A DNA stretch of 64,000 bases, from assembly GCA_005882335.1 (NCBI GenBank), contig VBAP01000060.1:850-64849 (forward strand), written 5' to 3'. The notes under the pieces are model-generated. The model searched no databases, was not told where the DNA came from, and saw nothing but the letters and a program-made list of their open reading frames with translations. Shown in pieces: positions 62,979-64,000 of this stretch (its first letter is position 1; each line of letters starts with the position of its first letter). This DNA comes from Candidatus Segetimicrobium genomatis (GTDB taxonomy: Bacteria > Sysuimicrobiota > Sysuimicrobiia > Sysuimicrobiales > Kaftiobacteriaceae). The translations under genes were made by a program, and so were the position numbers.

Positions 62979-64000
62979 TGCCGCGCGAGTGGCCACGGTG
63001 CTCGTGGGGCTCGCCCTCATCACCCTGGGCATCTCTATTCAGGCCGGGGGGACAGAGCCGCCCATCCCCGAGCTGGCCCGCTGGGAATCCCAGATGCTGA
63101 GTTTCGGTCAGGTCCATTGTGCCTCCGTGACGCAGCTTCTCAGCCTCGAGCAACTGTTCTGGGCCATCGAGTACGATGCCGGGCGCGTCTACTACCAGAT
63201 CGCCGACTACACGGGCGACCCATTCTGGAGTACCTGTGGCCAACTGGCCGAGGCAGTCTACCGCGATCAGTATGTCCTGCCCATCAACGGTGGCGCCGCC
63301 GGCCATGTGAACTACACCACCGGCCTGCGGATGGATTACCGCCACACGGGCCAGGTGGCGTCCCAACAGGCTGCGGTCTTACTCTCTCAAAATGCGGCCT
63401 ACGCCAAAGACGGCACCCCGCTGGAGTGGACCCGCAGCGCGGACTTCAGCCGGGAGGTCGCCTTCGCGGTCCTCAGCTACATTAACGCTGAGGCCCTTGG
63501 CGAGCCTCCGCGCCAGCGGCGGGTCGACCTCGTCACGCAGGCCTACGACCACATGGACCAGTGGTTTGTACGGTTCGCCTGGCCGGGTCCCTGGGAGCAG
63601 AATCCTGTCGAAACCAATCGTCTGGCTCCCTTCATGGTCGGACTCACCGCCCACACGCTGATCCGGGACTGGGAGCAAACTGGGGACCCTCGTCTCATCC
63701 CGGCCCTGCGGCGCGCGGCCGACTGGCTCTGGAGCAACGCCTGGATCCCCTCGGCCGAGGCCATGTGGTACGAGTTCCCGGACCAGGAACAACTGTGCTG
63801 CCAGGCCAGCGGCGCGGCCCCGGACCTGAACCTGCTCATCGCGCCGATCTACGCGTTTCTCTATCGACAGACCGGTGAGATGCAATACCGTGATCGCGGC
63901 GATCAGATCTTCGCGGGGGGCGTCAGGAACGCGTGGCTCGGTGGCGCCAAGCAATTCGACCAGAACTACTGGTGGAGTTTCGACTACGTCAGGTGGCGGC
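62959..64000 (+). CDS. Secreted hypothetical protein, paralog of 61920-62978 (partial, runs off the right edge)
   Basis: Not in the ORF track. Manual translation from ATG 62959 gives MAGTATNAARVATVLVGLAL...RWESQM...SREVAF...PFMVGLT...PDLNLLIAP...FDQNYWWSFDYVRWR, open to the window end. Confidence 0.75.
   Translation, partial: MAGTATNAARVATVLVGLALITLGISIQAGGTEPPIPELARWESQMLSFGQVHCASVTQLLSLEQLFWAIEYDAGRVYYQIADYTGDPFWSTCGQLAEAVYRDQYVLPINGGAAGHVNYTTGLRMDYRHTGQVASQQAAVLLSQNAAYAKDGTPLEWTRSADFSREVAFAVLSYINAEALGEPPRQRRVDLVTQAYDHMDQWFVRFAWPGPWEQNPVETNRLAPFMVGLTAHTLIRDWEQTGDPRLIPALRRAADWLWSNAWIPSAEAMWYEFPDQEQLCCQASGAAPDLNLLIAPIYAFLYRQTGEMQYRDRGDQIFAGGVRNAWLGGAKQFDQNYWWSFDYVRWR

Overview
This is a high-GC, gene-dense bacterial window almost entirely devoted to surface-glycan biology. 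I found no rRNA, tRNA, CRISPR array or mobile element. It has three blocks. (1) A tightly coupled minus-strand operon (15424->1428) encodes UDP-glucose dehydrogenase, UDP-glucuronate decarboxylase, a GH-A-clan hydrolase/GT2 fusion, an ABC exporter fused to an APH-like kinase, an ATP-grasp ligase, a second APH-like kinase, a YdjC/ChbG deacetylase and three paralogous GT-B-like proteins. I cannot assign this pathway to a characterised system. (2) A central region (15.7-31.3 kb) holds an OmpR-type two-component system, two NarL regulators, an atypical ANTAR regulator, Wza/Wzi export genes, an S8 protease and other secreted proteins. A recurrent TCAGGTATTTTCCC-like motif sits in several intergenic regions. 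(3) A plus-strand Wzx/Wzy polysaccharide operon of more than 32 kb (31780->window end) is led by a NusG paralog. It contains an NRPS-like cassette (methyltransferase, LLM monooxygenase, DltA-like adenylation enzyme, GNAT, carrier protein, flavin reductase), two AsnB-like amidotransferases, a formyltransferase-deacetylase fusion, an RCC1 propeller inserted in an Ig-like domain and two tandem secreted paralogs of unknown function. All calls come from reading motifs by eye; no database searches were run.
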